Source of the DNA: an uncultured Phycisphaeraceae bacterium
Lineage (GTDB): Bacteria; Planctomycetota; Phycisphaerae; Phycisphaerales; UBA1924
Length of the DNA stretch: 64,000 bases
Direction of reading: 5' to 3'
Assembly (NCBI GenBank): GCA_964496975.1
Contig: CAZCBN010000001.1
Span: 57,678 to 121,677, forward strand
The position numbers and the translations under genes were made by a program. Positions 11,231 through 20,759 of this stretch are shown one piece after another. Each line of letters begins with the position of its first letter. Position 1 is the stretch's first letter. The notes beneath the pieces are model-generated. The model ran no database searches and was not told the DNA's origin. It saw only the letters and a list, made by a program, of their open reading frames with translations.

Positions 11231-14200
11231 GTGGGTAGACTTGCCCAATTGACGAAACGGCGTCCGGCCCTCTGGCCCCTGGTCGTGTGCGAGCTCCTGC
11301 TGTGCGCCGGCCTCGCGGCCCCGCCGGCCGAGGCGCAATACCGGATCGACACGTGGACGACCGAACAGGGTCTGCCCACCAACTCGGTGACATCGGTCCT
11401 GCAGACCCGCGATGGTTTTCTCTGGATGACCACGTATGGCGGACTCGTCCGCTTTGATGGCGCCACGCTGAAGACCTTCACCACCGAGAACACGCCGGGC
11501 CTGCGCACAGGCCGGCTGATTGCGCTCTACGAGAGCCGGGACGGCGCCTTGTGGATCACAACGGAAGGCCTGGGTGTGACGCGGCTGGCCGGCGGGGTCT
11601 TCGAGTCGTTCTCCACCGCGGAGGGCCTGCCGGACAACGAAGTCGGCGATGTCTTTGAAATGCCCGACGGCACCCTCATCGTCGATACCCGCCTCGGTGC
11701 GGTGCGCTGGGACGACGGCCGTTTCGTCGCCGAGACGGCCCTGCCCCATCGAGGCGATCGCGCCCGCACCGTGCTGGGCCGCGCGGCCGACGGCGCGATC
11801 TGGTTTCGCGATGCGGCAGGTGTGCACCGCTTTGCCGGCCACGCGAGCGCGCGCACGCTGTCGATCGATGGCGATGTCGTCAGCGCCTATGAAGACCGCC
11901 GCGGCCGGCTCTGGCTGCAGTTGCGCGGGGGCGCGGGCGACCATCCGCGCACGCTGGCCTGCGTCTGCGACGGCCGGCTGGTGCGCTTCGGCGCGAAGGA
12001 CGGGGTGCCGCGGTTCGAGACCATCGCCTGGTCCGAGGATCGCGACGGCCACGTGTGGTTCGGCCTGCGCGGCAATGCCGGGCTGCTGCGGTACGACGGC
12101 CGGCGTTTCCTGCATCTGACGCTCGCCGACGGGCTGCCGGGCGCCAACGTCGAACGCCTGTTTCAGGATCGCGAAGGCACGTTGTGGGCGCCCACCGACG
12201 GCGGACTGGCGCGTCTCACGGCACGTCCGATGACGACGTTCTCGTCAGTCGACGGACTCGAGGCGGACAACACCTATGTCGTGTACGAAGATCGACAGGG
12301 CACGATCTGGATTGGCGGCTGGTCCGGCCTGACGCGGTATCGTGCCGGCCGGTTCGAGCCGGTGTCGCGGGCCTCCGGCGTGGCCCGCGCCAACATCACG
12401 TCCATCCTTGAAGACCAGGCGGGCACCCTGTGGCTGGGCGTCTGGGACGGCGGACTTCGCCTGATCCGCGACGGCCGCGTGCGCGCGGTGGCCAGCCCCG
12501 TCGGCATCGTCACGCGAGCGATCTATCAGGGCCGCGGCCCCGAGGTCTGGCTGGGCGGGCGGGACGGACTCGCGCAGTACCGGGACGGCGTGTTCACGCG
12601 GCTCACCGACGGGTATCCCGGAGGCGAGGTGCAGGTGTTGTTCGAGGGTCGCGATGGCGCCCTCTGGATCGGCACCGACTCGGGTATCATCCGCCTGCGC
12701 GACGGCCGGTTCACGGCCTTCGGCGACGCCGACGGCCTGACCGGGCACCCCATCGTGCGGGCCATCCATGAGGACGCCGACGGAACCCTGTGGTTCGGCA
12801 CGTATGACAGCGGCCTGTTGCGGTTCCGCGACGGCCGGTTCACCCGCATCACCACCGGCGCAGGTTTATGGTCGAGCGGCGCCTTTCAGATCCTCGAGGA
12901 TGCGCAGCAGCGCTTCTGGATCACGTCAAACACCGGCATCTATCGCGTCGCGCGGCGCGAACTCGACGAGGTCGCCACGGGCCGTCGTGACCGGGTCACG
13001 TCGGTCGCCTACGGGGTTCGGGACGGCATGCGGCACGCCGAAGCAAACGGCGGCACCCAACCCGCCGGCCTCATCAGCCGCGACGGACGCATCTGGTTCC
13101 CGACTCAACAGGGGGTGGTGGTGTTCGATCCGGCCGCCATCCCCGTGAACCCGCTGCCGCCGCCGGTGGTCATCACGCATGCCGCCGTCGCCAACCGGCC
13201 GGTGCCCGTCGGCCCGCTGATCGAGATCCCCTCCGGGCCCACGGCGCTCGAGCTGCAGTTTGCCGCGCTCACGTTCGTCCGGCCCGAACACTCGCGGTTC
13301 CGCTTCATCATGGAGGGGCTCGATCAGGACTGGATCGAGGCCGGCGGTGAGCGCGCGGCGCGATATGCGCAGCTGCCGTACGGACGTTTCGTCTTCCGGG
13401 TCGTGGCCGCCAACCGCGACGGCGTCTGGAATACCGACGGCGCGCGCCTGACCGTGGTGGTGGTCCCGCCCTTCTACCGGACCCGCTGGTTCTTCGCGCT
13501 GCTGATGGGGACGGCCGTCGCCGCCGGGATCGCGGTGCACACCTGGCGGCTCCGGCTGCTGCGCCGGGAGCAGGACCTGCAGCAGGCGTTTTCCCGCCAG
13601 TTGATCGCGTCCCAGGAAGCCGAACGCAGGCGAATCGCCGCGGGCCTGCACGACGGGCTGCAGCAACACCTGCTCGTCATCAGAAACTGGGCGCTGCTGG
13701 GGCAGGCCCCCCCCGCCGGTGACGCGGCCGCGGCCCAGCGCTGGCGCGACGTGGATCAGGCGGCGGCGCACGCGCTGGGCGACGTGCGCGCCATCGTGCA
13801 CGACCTGACGCCGTATCAGCTTGGCCGCGTCGGACTCGCCCGTTCCGTCAAGGACATGGTGCACACGGTGGCCGCGTCTTCGTCCATCACGTTCAGCTGC
13901 GAGGTCGCCGACGTCGACGGACGCCTGTCAAAGGAAGCGGAGCTGACACTCTTCCGGGTGATCCAGGAGGCACTCAGCAACATCGTGAAACACTCCCAGG
14001 CCCGCCGCGCCTCGGTCCGCCTCGAGACCGACGGCCCGCGCGTCCGCGTCCGGATCACCGATGACGGCCGCGGCTTTGCGGCCGACCCCGGCGTGTGGCG
14101 CCGCGAAGGTGGGACGGGAGGATTCGGCATCTTCGGCATGACCGAACGGGTCGGCATGCTGGGTGGCCGGTTCGAGGTCTCGTCGGCTCCCGGACAGGGC

Positions 14201-14245
14201 GCGGAGATTACGATCACCTTGCCCACGCAGGAGGGAGAACGGTGA
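11231..14245 (+). CDS. Sensor histidine kinase with two-component-regulator propeller repeats, Y_Y_Y domain, TM segment, HisKA_3 and HATPase_c
   Basis: Repeated DG.LW.GT..GL propeller units. Y_Y_Y region LELQFAALTFVRPEHSRFRF..RVVAANRDGVWN. H-box RRIAAGLHDGLQQHL and ATPase end GFGIFGMTERV. The start is uncertain (GTG 11231 or TTG 11249), and the ATGs further upstream collide with the divergent gene. Confidence 0.8.
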   Translation: MGRLAQLTKRRPALWPLVVCELLLCAGLAAPPAEAQYRIDTWTTEQGLPTNSVTSVLQTRDGFLWMTTYGGLVRFDGATLKTFTTENTPGLRTGRLIALYESRDGALWITTEGLGVTRLAGGVFESFSTAEGLPDNEVGDVFEMPDGTLIVDTRLGAVRWDDGRFVAETALPHRGDRARTVLGRAADGAIWFRDAAGVHRFAGHASARTLSIDGDVVSAYEDRRGRLWLQLRGGAGDHPRTLACVCDGRLVRFGAKDGVPRFETIAWSEDRDGHVWFGLRGNAGLLRYDGRRFLHLTLADGLPGANVERLFQDREGTLWAPTDGGLARLTARPMTTFSSVDGLEADNTYVVYEDRQGTIWIGGWSGLTRYRAGRFEPVSRASGVARANITSILEDQAGTLWLGVWDGGLRLIRDGRVRAVASPVGIVTRAIYQGRGPEVWLGGRDGLAQYRDGVFTRLTDGYPGGEVQVLFEGRDGALWIGTDSGIIRLRDGRFTAFGDADGLTGHPIVRAIHEDADGTLWFGTYDSGLLRFRDGRFTRITTGAGLWSSGAFQILEDAQQRFWITSNTGIYRVARRELDEVATGRRDRVTSVAYGVRDGMRHAEANGGTQPAGLISRDGRIWFPTQQGVVVFDPAAIPVNPLPPPVVITHAAVANRPVPVGPLIEIPSGPTALELQFAALTFVRPEHSRFRFIMEGLDQDWIEAGGERAARYAQLPYGRFVFRVVAANRDGVWNTDGARLTVVVVPPFYRTRWFFALLMGTAVAAGIAVHTWRLRLLRREQDLQQAFSRQLIASQEAERRRIAAGLHDGLQQHLLVIRNWALLGQAPPAGDAAAAQRWRDVDQAAAHALGDVRAIVHDLTPYQLGRVGLARSVKDMVHTVAASSSITFSCEVADVDGRLSKEAELTLFRVIQEALSNIVKHSQARRASVRLETDGPRVRVRITDDGRGFAADPGVWRREGGTGGFGIFGMTERVGMLGGRFEVSSAPGQGAEITITLPTQEGER

Positions 14246-14904
14246 CTGACACGGCACGGGTGCGGATCGTGTTGGCCGACGACCATCCGGTCTTTCGGCT
14301 GGGCCTGCGGGCCGTGCTCGACGCGGCCGCGGACTTGACCGTCGTGGCCGAGGCCGATCGCGGCGACGACGCGCTGGCCCGCATCCGGGAGACGCAGCCC
14401 GATGTGGCGGTGCTGGATCTGGAGATGCCCGGCCTGGATGGCATCGCGGTGGCGCTGGCCCTGCAACAGGCGCGGCTGCCGGTGAAAACCGTGTTGTTGA
14501 CCGCGCACACCGACCCGAGTCTGGTCGACAAGGCGCTGGACTCAGGCCTCGACGGCTACGTCCTCAAGGACGCCGCCGTGACGCAGATCGTCGAAGGCGT
14601 CCGGGCGGTGTCCCGCGGCCAGCCCTACGTCAGTCCGGCGTTGTCCCAGGTCCTTCTGGCGCGGCGGCGCAGCGGCCAGGCGCTGGCGGCGGCGACCCCG
14701 GGGCTGGCGGCGCTGTCGCCCGCTGAACGCCAGGTGCTCAAGTTGGTGGCTCAGGGGAAGACCAGCCGGGAAATCGGGGACGTGCTCTGCATCAGCCCAC
14801 GCACGGTGGAGCACCATCGCGCCAACATCAGCCAGAAACTGGACTTGCGCGGCGCCCACGCCCTGCTGACGTTTGCCATTGCCCACCGATCCGCGCTGTC
14901 CTGA
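14242..14904 (+). CDS. NarL/LuxR-family response regulator
   Basis: The GTG start overlaps the kinase stop (GTGA at 14242-14245). Receiver RIVLADDHPVFRLGL..VAVLDLEMPGLDG and C-terminal LuxR HTH LSPAERQVLKLVAQGKTSREIGDVLCISPRTVEHHRANI. Confidence 0.9.
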   Translation: MTDTARVRIVLADDHPVFRLGLRAVLDAAADLTVVAEADRGDDALARIRETQPDVAVLDLEMPGLDGIAVALALQQARLPVKTVLLTAHTDPSLVDKALDSGLDGYVLKDAAVTQIVEGVRAVSRGQPYVSPALSQVLLARRRSGQALAAATPGLAALSPAERQVLKLVAQGKTSREIGDVLCISPRTVEHHRANISQKLDLRGAHALLTFAIAHRSALS

Positions 14905-14963
14905 CCCGGCGGCCCTGAGTACCGTCACGGCTCGAGCCGATAGTCCGGTACCACGGACTGATC

Positions 14964-15845
14964 ATGAGAACACCTGCCCTCCTCCTGCTCTGCAGCCTCG
15001 GCCTGGCTCCCGCGTGTGCGTTCGAGCGCACCAGTTCCTCGACGGCCCCGACCTCCCCGGGTGCCCCCGCATTTGCGGCCAGTCCCCTGCTCGGCCGGTG
15101 GACTGAAGCCGGCGCCGCCACCGTGGCCTCGAGCACAGCGTCGGCGCAGCCCCAGGACCTCGGCCGGCTCGTCTGCACCAACATCGTGTGGAACGCGCTC
15201 GACCAGCAGAACGACGGCGTGGTGCAGGGCCCCTTCGCCGCGCAATGCACCAACGGCATCGCCCTGTCCGGCACCGCGGCGGGATCACTGAACGGGTCGC
15301 AGGCCTCGATCACGGCCACCGGGACCGGGCAGTACAGCGGCGCGCCCTGCGCGTTCACCATCACGAGCCAGGGCACGGTTGAGGGCGACGTGATTCGGTT
15401 TCCGTACACGGCGACGACCTGCGTGGGCACCTACTCGGGCACGTCGTTTCTGGCCAAGTCCGCGCTGCTGCCTCCACCCATGCCGTCATCGGCCGCGTGC
15501 GGCCGCAGCGACGGCGACTCGGTGGTCGAGTGCGTCGCCGCGCGATACCCGGATCGACTCCGCGCCGGAGTCAGTCACGACGAACGCGTGGCGCACATGT
15601 CGTTTCTGCGCGATCGCATCATCGAACAGTCGCGTTGCCGCGGCTTGGATACGGCGTGGAATCTCAAGCGCGGCGTCGGCCCGCATTCCATCGACGCCCT
15701 CGCCTGGCGTGTGGACGGCCGGGTCGAGGTGGTGGACATCGGCATCGGGTATGACGACACGTCGCAACCGCTGCGGCTGCAGTGGCTGATCGTCGCAGGT
15801 CCTCCGGGGTACGATCGCTACACGCCCGCGTTCACCTGCCAGTAG
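14964..15845 (+). CDS. Hypothetical lipoprotein
   Basis: Lipobox-like MRTPALLLLCSLGLAPAC. 293-aa ORF with coding-like composition and no recognisable catalytic motif. Confidence 0.55.
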   Translation: MRTPALLLLCSLGLAPACAFERTSSSTAPTSPGAPAFAASPLLGRWTEAGAATVASSTASAQPQDLGRLVCTNIVWNALDQQNDGVVQGPFAAQCTNGIALSGTAAGSLNGSQASITATGTGQYSGAPCAFTITSQGTVEGDVIRFPYTATTCVGTYSGTSFLAKSALLPPPMPSSAACGRSDGDSVVECVAARYPDRLRAGVSHDERVAHMSFLRDRIIEQSRCRGLDTAWNLKRGVGPHSIDALAWRVDGRVEVVDIGIGYDDTSQPLRLQWLIVAGPPGYDRYTPAFTCQ

Positions 15846-15884
15846 CGGAGATACTCCTCCCGTGTTCGAACGGGCACGGGGCCA

Positions 15885-16352
15885 TTGACGATGCGTCGCG
15901 GCGCACCATACGCTGTCGCCATGTTGATTCCTCGTCTCCCCAGACTCGCTCCCGCTGCACTCGTTCTCACACTCCTGTCGACCGGCTCCGTCTCCGCCCA
16001 GCAAGCCGTCACGTTCACCCTGCGCAACGGCGACACCGTCGGTGTCACCCTTGTCGACCTCAAGGCCTCCGGCTTCGAAGTCGAAGTGCGGGGCGCGGCG
16101 CGCATGATCCCGAAGGATCAGGTGGCCATGGTCAACTTCGGCGGCAACGTGCAAGTCCGTCAGTCCTGGTTCACCGACATGACGTCGCTCGACCATCTCG
16201 TCGTCTTCCGGAACGGCGACACGCTGCTCACCGAGTGGGTCGACGTGGGCGGCCAGTCGCCGCTGGTCCTGCGCGTCAAGACCAATCGCGGCGAGCGGGA
16301 GATTTCGTCGGCCGACGTGGCCCGGATCTACCTGGTCAAGCCCGGGCGCTGA
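15885..16352 (+). CDS. Hypothetical secreted protein
   Basis: Signal-like LPRLAPAALVLTLLSTGSVSAQQ. 155 aa, with an alternative start at ATG 15921. Confidence 0.5.
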   Translation: MTMRRGAPYAVAMLIPRLPRLAPAALVLTLLSTGSVSAQQAVTFTLRNGDTVGVTLVDLKASGFEVEVRGAARMIPKDQVAMVNFGGNVQVRQSWFTDMTSLDHLVVFRNGDTLLTEWVDVGGQSPLVLRVKTNRGEREISSADVARIYLVKPGR

Positions 16353-16623
16353 GCCGCGACGCGTAGAGCCACGCCGCGGCCGCCGCTGCGGCGCCGGCGC
16401 CGAGGCCGGCCACGAGCACAACCGCCGGGAATCCCTGCAGCAGCCACGCGCTGAGCACGAGGCTGGCGGCGCCGTAGCCGCCCAGCACGGCCTTCACCGG
16501 TCGTGACATCCGCTGTTGCGCCACCCGCCGCATGACCGTCGCCTGAAAGACCGGCGACGGCTGCGGCGGCGCGGCGCTCATCGCCGTCCGCAGCAGGTCG
16601 TCCATCGCGTTGTCGTCACTCAT
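16336..16623 (-). CDS. Putative anti-sigma factor (small single-pass membrane protein)
   Basis: 95 aa. Overlaps the 3' end of the ECF sigma gene by 8 nt. Hydrophobic C-terminal half (AVLGGYGAASLVLSAWLLQGFPAVVLVAGLGAGAAAAAAAW). The call rests on position only. Confidence 0.45.
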   Translation of the reverse strand: MSDDNAMDDLLRTAMSAAPPQPSPVFQATVMRRVAQQRMSRPVKAVLGGYGAASLVLSAWLLQGFPAVVLVAGLGAGAAAAAAAWLYASRLSARA

Positions 16624-17191
16624 GGAACCCCCGTTCGGCCAACCGTGCCCGCAGCAGCTTCCGCGCGCGGTGCAGGTAGGACTTGATCGTATTCTCCGGC
16701 GTCTCGAGCATCTCGGCCATCTCGCTCATGCCGGCTCCGAGCCAGTAGTGGAGCCGCAGCGCTGATTGATACACGTCCGGCAGGTCGTGCAGGCACGCCA
16801 GGACCGCGGCGGCCCGCCGTTGCTGGTGGAGCTGCGCATCGGGCGCCGGCGCGGACGACGCCTGCCCCGCCAGCGCCGTGTCCGGCTCATGCGGCGCCCG
16901 GAAGCGCATGCGCGCTTTCACGTTCAGCGCGTGGTTGAACGCCAGCCGGTACACCCAGGTCCCAAACGCCGCGTCTCCGCGAAACGTCGCCAGTCCGTGG
17001 TGCACCCGCAGAAACACCTCCTGGGCCACGTCTTCGGCGTCGGCGGCGAACTCCTGCCCCAGCACAGAGACGACGAGGCGGAAGACCCGGTCCTGGTAGC
17101 GGGTCACCAACTGGCCAAACGCCTCATCGTTACCGTGCGCGCGGCATTGCTCCACCAGCCACGCGTCGGTCTGGTCCGACACGACGACCAC
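16616..17191 (-). CDS. ECF-type RNA polymerase sigma-70 factor
   Basis: Region 2 (FGQLVTRYQDRVFRLVVSVL..AEDVAQEVFLRVHHGLATFRGDAAFGTWVYRLAFNHALN) and region 4 (LPDVYQSALRLHYWLGAGMSEMAEMLETPENTIKSYLHRARKLL). Confidence 0.85.
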   Translation of the reverse strand: MVVVSDQTDAWLVEQCRAHGNDEAFGQLVTRYQDRVFRLVVSVLGQEFAADAEDVAQEVFLRVHHGLATFRGDAAFGTWVYRLAFNHALNVKARMRFRAPHEPDTALAGQASSAPAPDAQLHQQRRAAAVLACLHDLPDVYQSALRLHYWLGAGMSEMAEMLETPENTIKSYLHRARKLLRARLAERGFHE

Positions 17192-17192
17192 G

Positions 17193-17567
17193 TCAGCGCT
17201 TCCGGTAGGCGAGGACGTACGTCAGGATCAGGCCCACCCCCAGCAGCAGCAGCGGAATGGTCAGCGGCCAGAGGTCGACGCCGTTGGCGTTGAGGCGCGT
17301 CACGCGCAGCGCGATGGCGCCCCCACCCGCCAGCGCCGCCCAGACGACACCGTGAATCAGCAGTTCCCGGTGATCGGGAGGCGCCTTCGTGGGCTCGGCG
17401 GGTAATTCCGGCAGGGGGACGCCCTTGTCCATCGCGGCCAGGCGCTCCTGGTGGACGATCTCCAGCCGGCGCTGGCGTTCCTTGTGCCGCATCCAGAGGA
17501 AGAACCCGAAGAGCGCGGCCAGGGCCATGACGATCAACGCATCAGGGAACGTGTTCGGCGTGTTCAT
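17193..17567 (-). CDS. Hypothetical membrane protein (3 predicted TM segments)
   Basis: 124 aa with hydrophobic segments ALIVMALAALFGFFLW, LLIHGVVWAALAGGGAIAL and LTIPLLLLGVGLILTYVLA. Ends 1 nt before the sigma gene start. Confidence 0.5.
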   Translation of the reverse strand: MNTPNTFPDALIVMALAALFGFFLWMRHKERQRRLEIVHQERLAAMDKGVPLPELPAEPTKAPPDHRELLIHGVVWAALAGGGAIALRVTRLNANGVDLWPLTIPLLLLGVGLILTYVLAYRKR

Positions 17568-17582
17568 GTCCTTCAGACAGGG

Positions 17583-19067
17583 TCAGGAGCCGGCCGGTTG
17601 CACGACCGCCGGCCGGGCCCGTTCGAACTGGTAGTCCCCGGGATGGAAGCGGGCCGCGCGCCGGAACCCGGAGACCCACCCGGGCCAGAGAGTCGGATTG
17701 CGGCCGGTGGCGTCCAGATACCAGCTGGCACACCCGCCCGTGGCCCACACCGTTCGCGACAGCGCCGCGTCGACACGCCGCACGTAACGCGCCTGGACCT
17801 CTGCGCGTGGTTCGAGCGTCGCCAGCCCCTGCCGATCGAGGTGCCGCAGCGCCTGCAGCACCAGGTCGATCTGACGCTCCACCATCAGCACCACCGACGA
17901 GTGCCCCAGATAGGTGTTCGGGCCGAGCAGCAGAAAGAGATTGGGGAACCCGGCCACGGTGGTGCCCCGCAGGGCCTGCGGGCTTCCCGCCCACACGTCG
18001 CGCAGCGTGCGCCCCTGCCGGCCGCGGATGCGACGGGCCAGCGGCGGATCGGCCGCCTGAAACCCGGTGCTGAAGATCAGGACGTCGACGGGATGCTCGA
18101 CGCCATCGGCGGTGACGACGCCACGCGGCCGCACCTCTTGCACCGGGCTCGTGATGACCTGCACGTTGGGACACGTCAGTGTGCGCAGATACCGCGTGGA
18201 CATCAGAATCCGTTTGCAGCCCAGGCGGAAGTCCGGCGTCAGCCTCCGGCGCAGGCCAGGGTCGGGCACTTGCCTGGTCAGGTAGTGCCGCGCGAACCGC
18301 TCGAGCAGCGCCATCAGCGCGGGGTGCCGCAGTCCGGGGACGAGCAGTTCGCGGCGGGCGTACAGCGCGGCGCGATACAGCTGGCGCGCGCCGGGAACCC
18401 TTCGCATGATCCACCGGGTGGCGCCACTGAGGGCGCGGTCACGGCCCGGGAGCACCCAAGCCGGCGTGCGCTGGATCAGCGTGAGCGACGCCACGTGCGG
18501 CTGAATCTCCGGGACGAACTGGACGGCGCTGGCGCCCGTACCGACGACCCCCACGCGTTTGCCGCGAAGGTCGACGCCGTGATCCCACCGCGCCGAGTGG
18601 AACACGGGGCCCGCGAATGAGCCGGCCCCCGGCAGGTCGGGCACCATCGGCTCGCTGAGGACGCCCGCCGCGCCGATCACGACATCCGCCGTCCAGTCCC
18701 CACCCGCGGTGCGCAGCCGCCACCGTTGCCGGTGTTCGTCGTAGACGGCGTCCTCCAGATCGTGGCCGAACTTCACATGCGGGAGCACGCCGAATCGCGC
18801 GGCACAGTCGCGCAGGTACGCGAGGATCTCCAGCTGCCGCGCATAGGTGCGTGACCAACCCGGGTTGGGCGCAAACGAGAACGCGTAGAGGTGTGATTCC
18901 ACGTCACACGCGCACCCGGGATACGTGTTGTCGCGCCACACGCCCCCGACGTCGCCGGCGCGTTCGAACACGACGAAATCGGTGTAGCCCGCCTGCCGGA
19001 GGCGAATGGCGGCCCCAAGGCCGGAGAAGCCGGTGCCGACGATGGCGACCCGGACATGGGGAGGCAC
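17583..19067 (-). CDS. Flavin-containing / Baeyer-Villiger-type monooxygenase
   Basis: N-terminal FAD fingerprint VAIVGTGFSGLGAA, followed by DVGGVWRDNTYPGCACD, and a second dinucleotide motif VGVVGTGASAVQ. Confidence 0.85.
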   Translation of the reverse strand: MPPHVRVAIVGTGFSGLGAAIRLRQAGYTDFVVFERAGDVGGVWRDNTYPGCACDVESHLYAFSFAPNPGWSRTYARQLEILAYLRDCAARFGVLPHVKFGHDLEDAVYDEHRQRWRLRTAGGDWTADVVIGAAGVLSEPMVPDLPGAGSFAGPVFHSARWDHGVDLRGKRVGVVGTGASAVQFVPEIQPHVASLTLIQRTPAWVLPGRDRALSGATRWIMRRVPGARQLYRAALYARRELLVPGLRHPALMALLERFARHYLTRQVPDPGLRRRLTPDFRLGCKRILMSTRYLRTLTCPNVQVITSPVQEVRPRGVVTADGVEHPVDVLIFSTGFQAADPPLARRIRGRQGRTLRDVWAGSPQALRGTTVAGFPNLFLLLGPNTYLGHSSVVLMVERQIDLVLQALRHLDRQGLATLEPRAEVQARYVRRVDAALSRTVWATGGCASWYLDATGRNPTLWPGWVSGFRRAARFHPGDYQFERARPAVVQPAGS

Positions 19068-19075
19068 GGCCGGGG

Positions 19076-20707
19076 TCAGCGGCCCGTGGCCTTGAGCCGT
19101 TGCGCGATCTGGCCCGCGCGCTGGCGCTGGGCCTCGGTCAGCGTGTCCGTGCCCAGATCCAGCGACTCCGGATGTTGTCCCGCGAACGTGTAGGCCGGAT
19201 CGGTGCCGGTCTTCTGCTGCAGCAGCATCTTGTACACACTGGGGCCGGCGAAACTCTGTGCCCAGTTGCGGAATTCCTCGGCGTTGCCTTCCTGCTCGCG
19301 CTCCACCGGCACCCGGTCGAGTGTCACGCCGGTGCCGGCCTGCAGCGCGCGCTGCGCGCCGTAGTAGACCGGACGGAGGCCGACCAGCTCCCCTTCGGCG
19401 GCGAGCAGGCTGAAGTTGGCGTCGGTCGTGAAGTCGTTGAGCGTCGGGCCGACGTACGGCGCGAAGGTGTCAATCTGATTCGGCGCCAGGTACGCGCCGG
19501 TCTGCTGCGACGGCCCGTACGTGCGAAACCGCGGGTAGGTGTGCTGCGCCAGCATCTCCTCCCAGTTCCCGCCGTAGTCGATCGTCAGGACGTAGCCCGC
19601 GCTGAGCACTTCCGAGGCGCCGCGAATGAAGGACTCGGCGCCGGGATTGACGTAGCTGACCAGCCCGCGCGGGTCGCGGGCCAGCACCGCCGCGTACGTG
19701 TCGGCGTACCGCCGCAGGTGTTCGGCCACCACCGGCACGTTGACGGCCGGCACGTACAGCTCGCGGAACTGCATCGCGTTGGCCGTGCCTTCGTAGGCCT
19801 CCGACGTGCGCAACCCTTCGAGCAGCGCGACAAAGGTCGCGCGCGTCAGGTACACGTCGCCGTCGCGCCGCCGCTCGAAGAAGCGATCCTCAATCGCGCG
19901 ATCGGCGTCTTCGATGGGGCCCGTCACCGACGCCGGCAGCAACGGCTTGACGGCCGTCCACGTCGCCGCCGCCAGTGACGGCACGACGAAGGCCACGTCG
20001 GCCGCGCCGTCGGGCGACAGGATGATCTTGTGCACGCTGAAGGCGTCGGGCAGTTCGTTGGACAACACGACGCCCTTCAGCCGGCCCTTGCCGATCGCGG
20101 CGGTCATGTTGGTGGCGTCGGCCACGCGCGCTTCGAACCGCTTGCCGAACCGCGCATTCCGATCCTGCTGGACCTTGCTCAGCGCGGGCGATCGGTCGTA
20201 ACAGACATACAGCACCTGATCGGCAAACACGCGCCAGTTCGCGTCCGTCCCGGCCTTCTGCACGATGTAGTCGAGGATGGCCTCGGCCAGCGCCCCATCA
20301 CCGGGGCCGAACTCGGCAATCGTGAATCGATCACCCTGCCCCAGCGTCCCGGCGCGCCGCATGCCGTTCCACATGGCGAACACCTGCTCGGCCACCATGT
20401 GCCCGAACAGGGGCGCCAGCACCACGGGGTACGTCCGGTAGTGGCCCACGAAGTCGACACGGCCGCTCGCGTAATACCCCACCGTGGGATGGAACATCAC
20501 GATGTCGTGATAGTCGAAGAAACTCAGAAAGTGCTTGGGCACCTCGGCGTGGGTCTGCGGCGCCACGACCAGTTCGCGATGCACCTCCCAGCCGTTGCGC
20601 AGGTCGCGCGGCGGCGCCTGTGCCGTCAGCAGCGCGGCGGCGATGACGAGCAGGACGAGACAGAGAGCGGCGGCAGGTACAGCACGGGCACGATCAAACA
20701 GACGCAT
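19076..20707 (-). CDS. MidA/NDUFAF7-like class I SAM-dependent methyltransferase with N-terminal hydrophobic anchor
   Basis: HPTVGYYASGRV..FTIAEFGPGDGALAEAILDYI (SAM motif I context). The N-terminus MRLFDRARAVPAAALCLVLLVIAAALLTAQA looks like a signal or anchor. Confidence 0.65.
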   Translation of the reverse strand: MRLFDRARAVPAAALCLVLLVIAAALLTAQAPPRDLRNGWEVHRELVVAPQTHAEVPKHFLSFFDYHDIVMFHPTVGYYASGRVDFVGHYRTYPVVLAPLFGHMVAEQVFAMWNGMRRAGTLGQGDRFTIAEFGPGDGALAEAILDYIVQKAGTDANWRVFADQVLYVCYDRSPALSKVQQDRNARFGKRFEARVADATNMTAAIGKGRLKGVVLSNELPDAFSVHKIILSPDGAADVAFVVPSLAAATWTAVKPLLPASVTGPIEDADRAIEDRFFERRRDGDVYLTRATFVALLEGLRTSEAYEGTANAMQFRELYVPAVNVPVVAEHLRRYADTYAAVLARDPRGLVSYVNPGAESFIRGASEVLSAGYVLTIDYGGNWEEMLAQHTYPRFRTYGPSQQTGAYLAPNQIDTFAPYVGPTLNDFTTDANFSLLAAEGELVGLRPVYYGAQRALQAGTGVTLDRVPVEREQEGNAEEFRNWAQSFAGPSVYKMLLQQKTGTDPAYTFAGQHPESLDLGTDTLTEAQRQRAGQIAQRLKATGR

Positions 20708-20759
20708 CCTGCAAGTGTAACGTGACCGGGGGGCCCATCCACGCCGGCGCCGTGGACGT

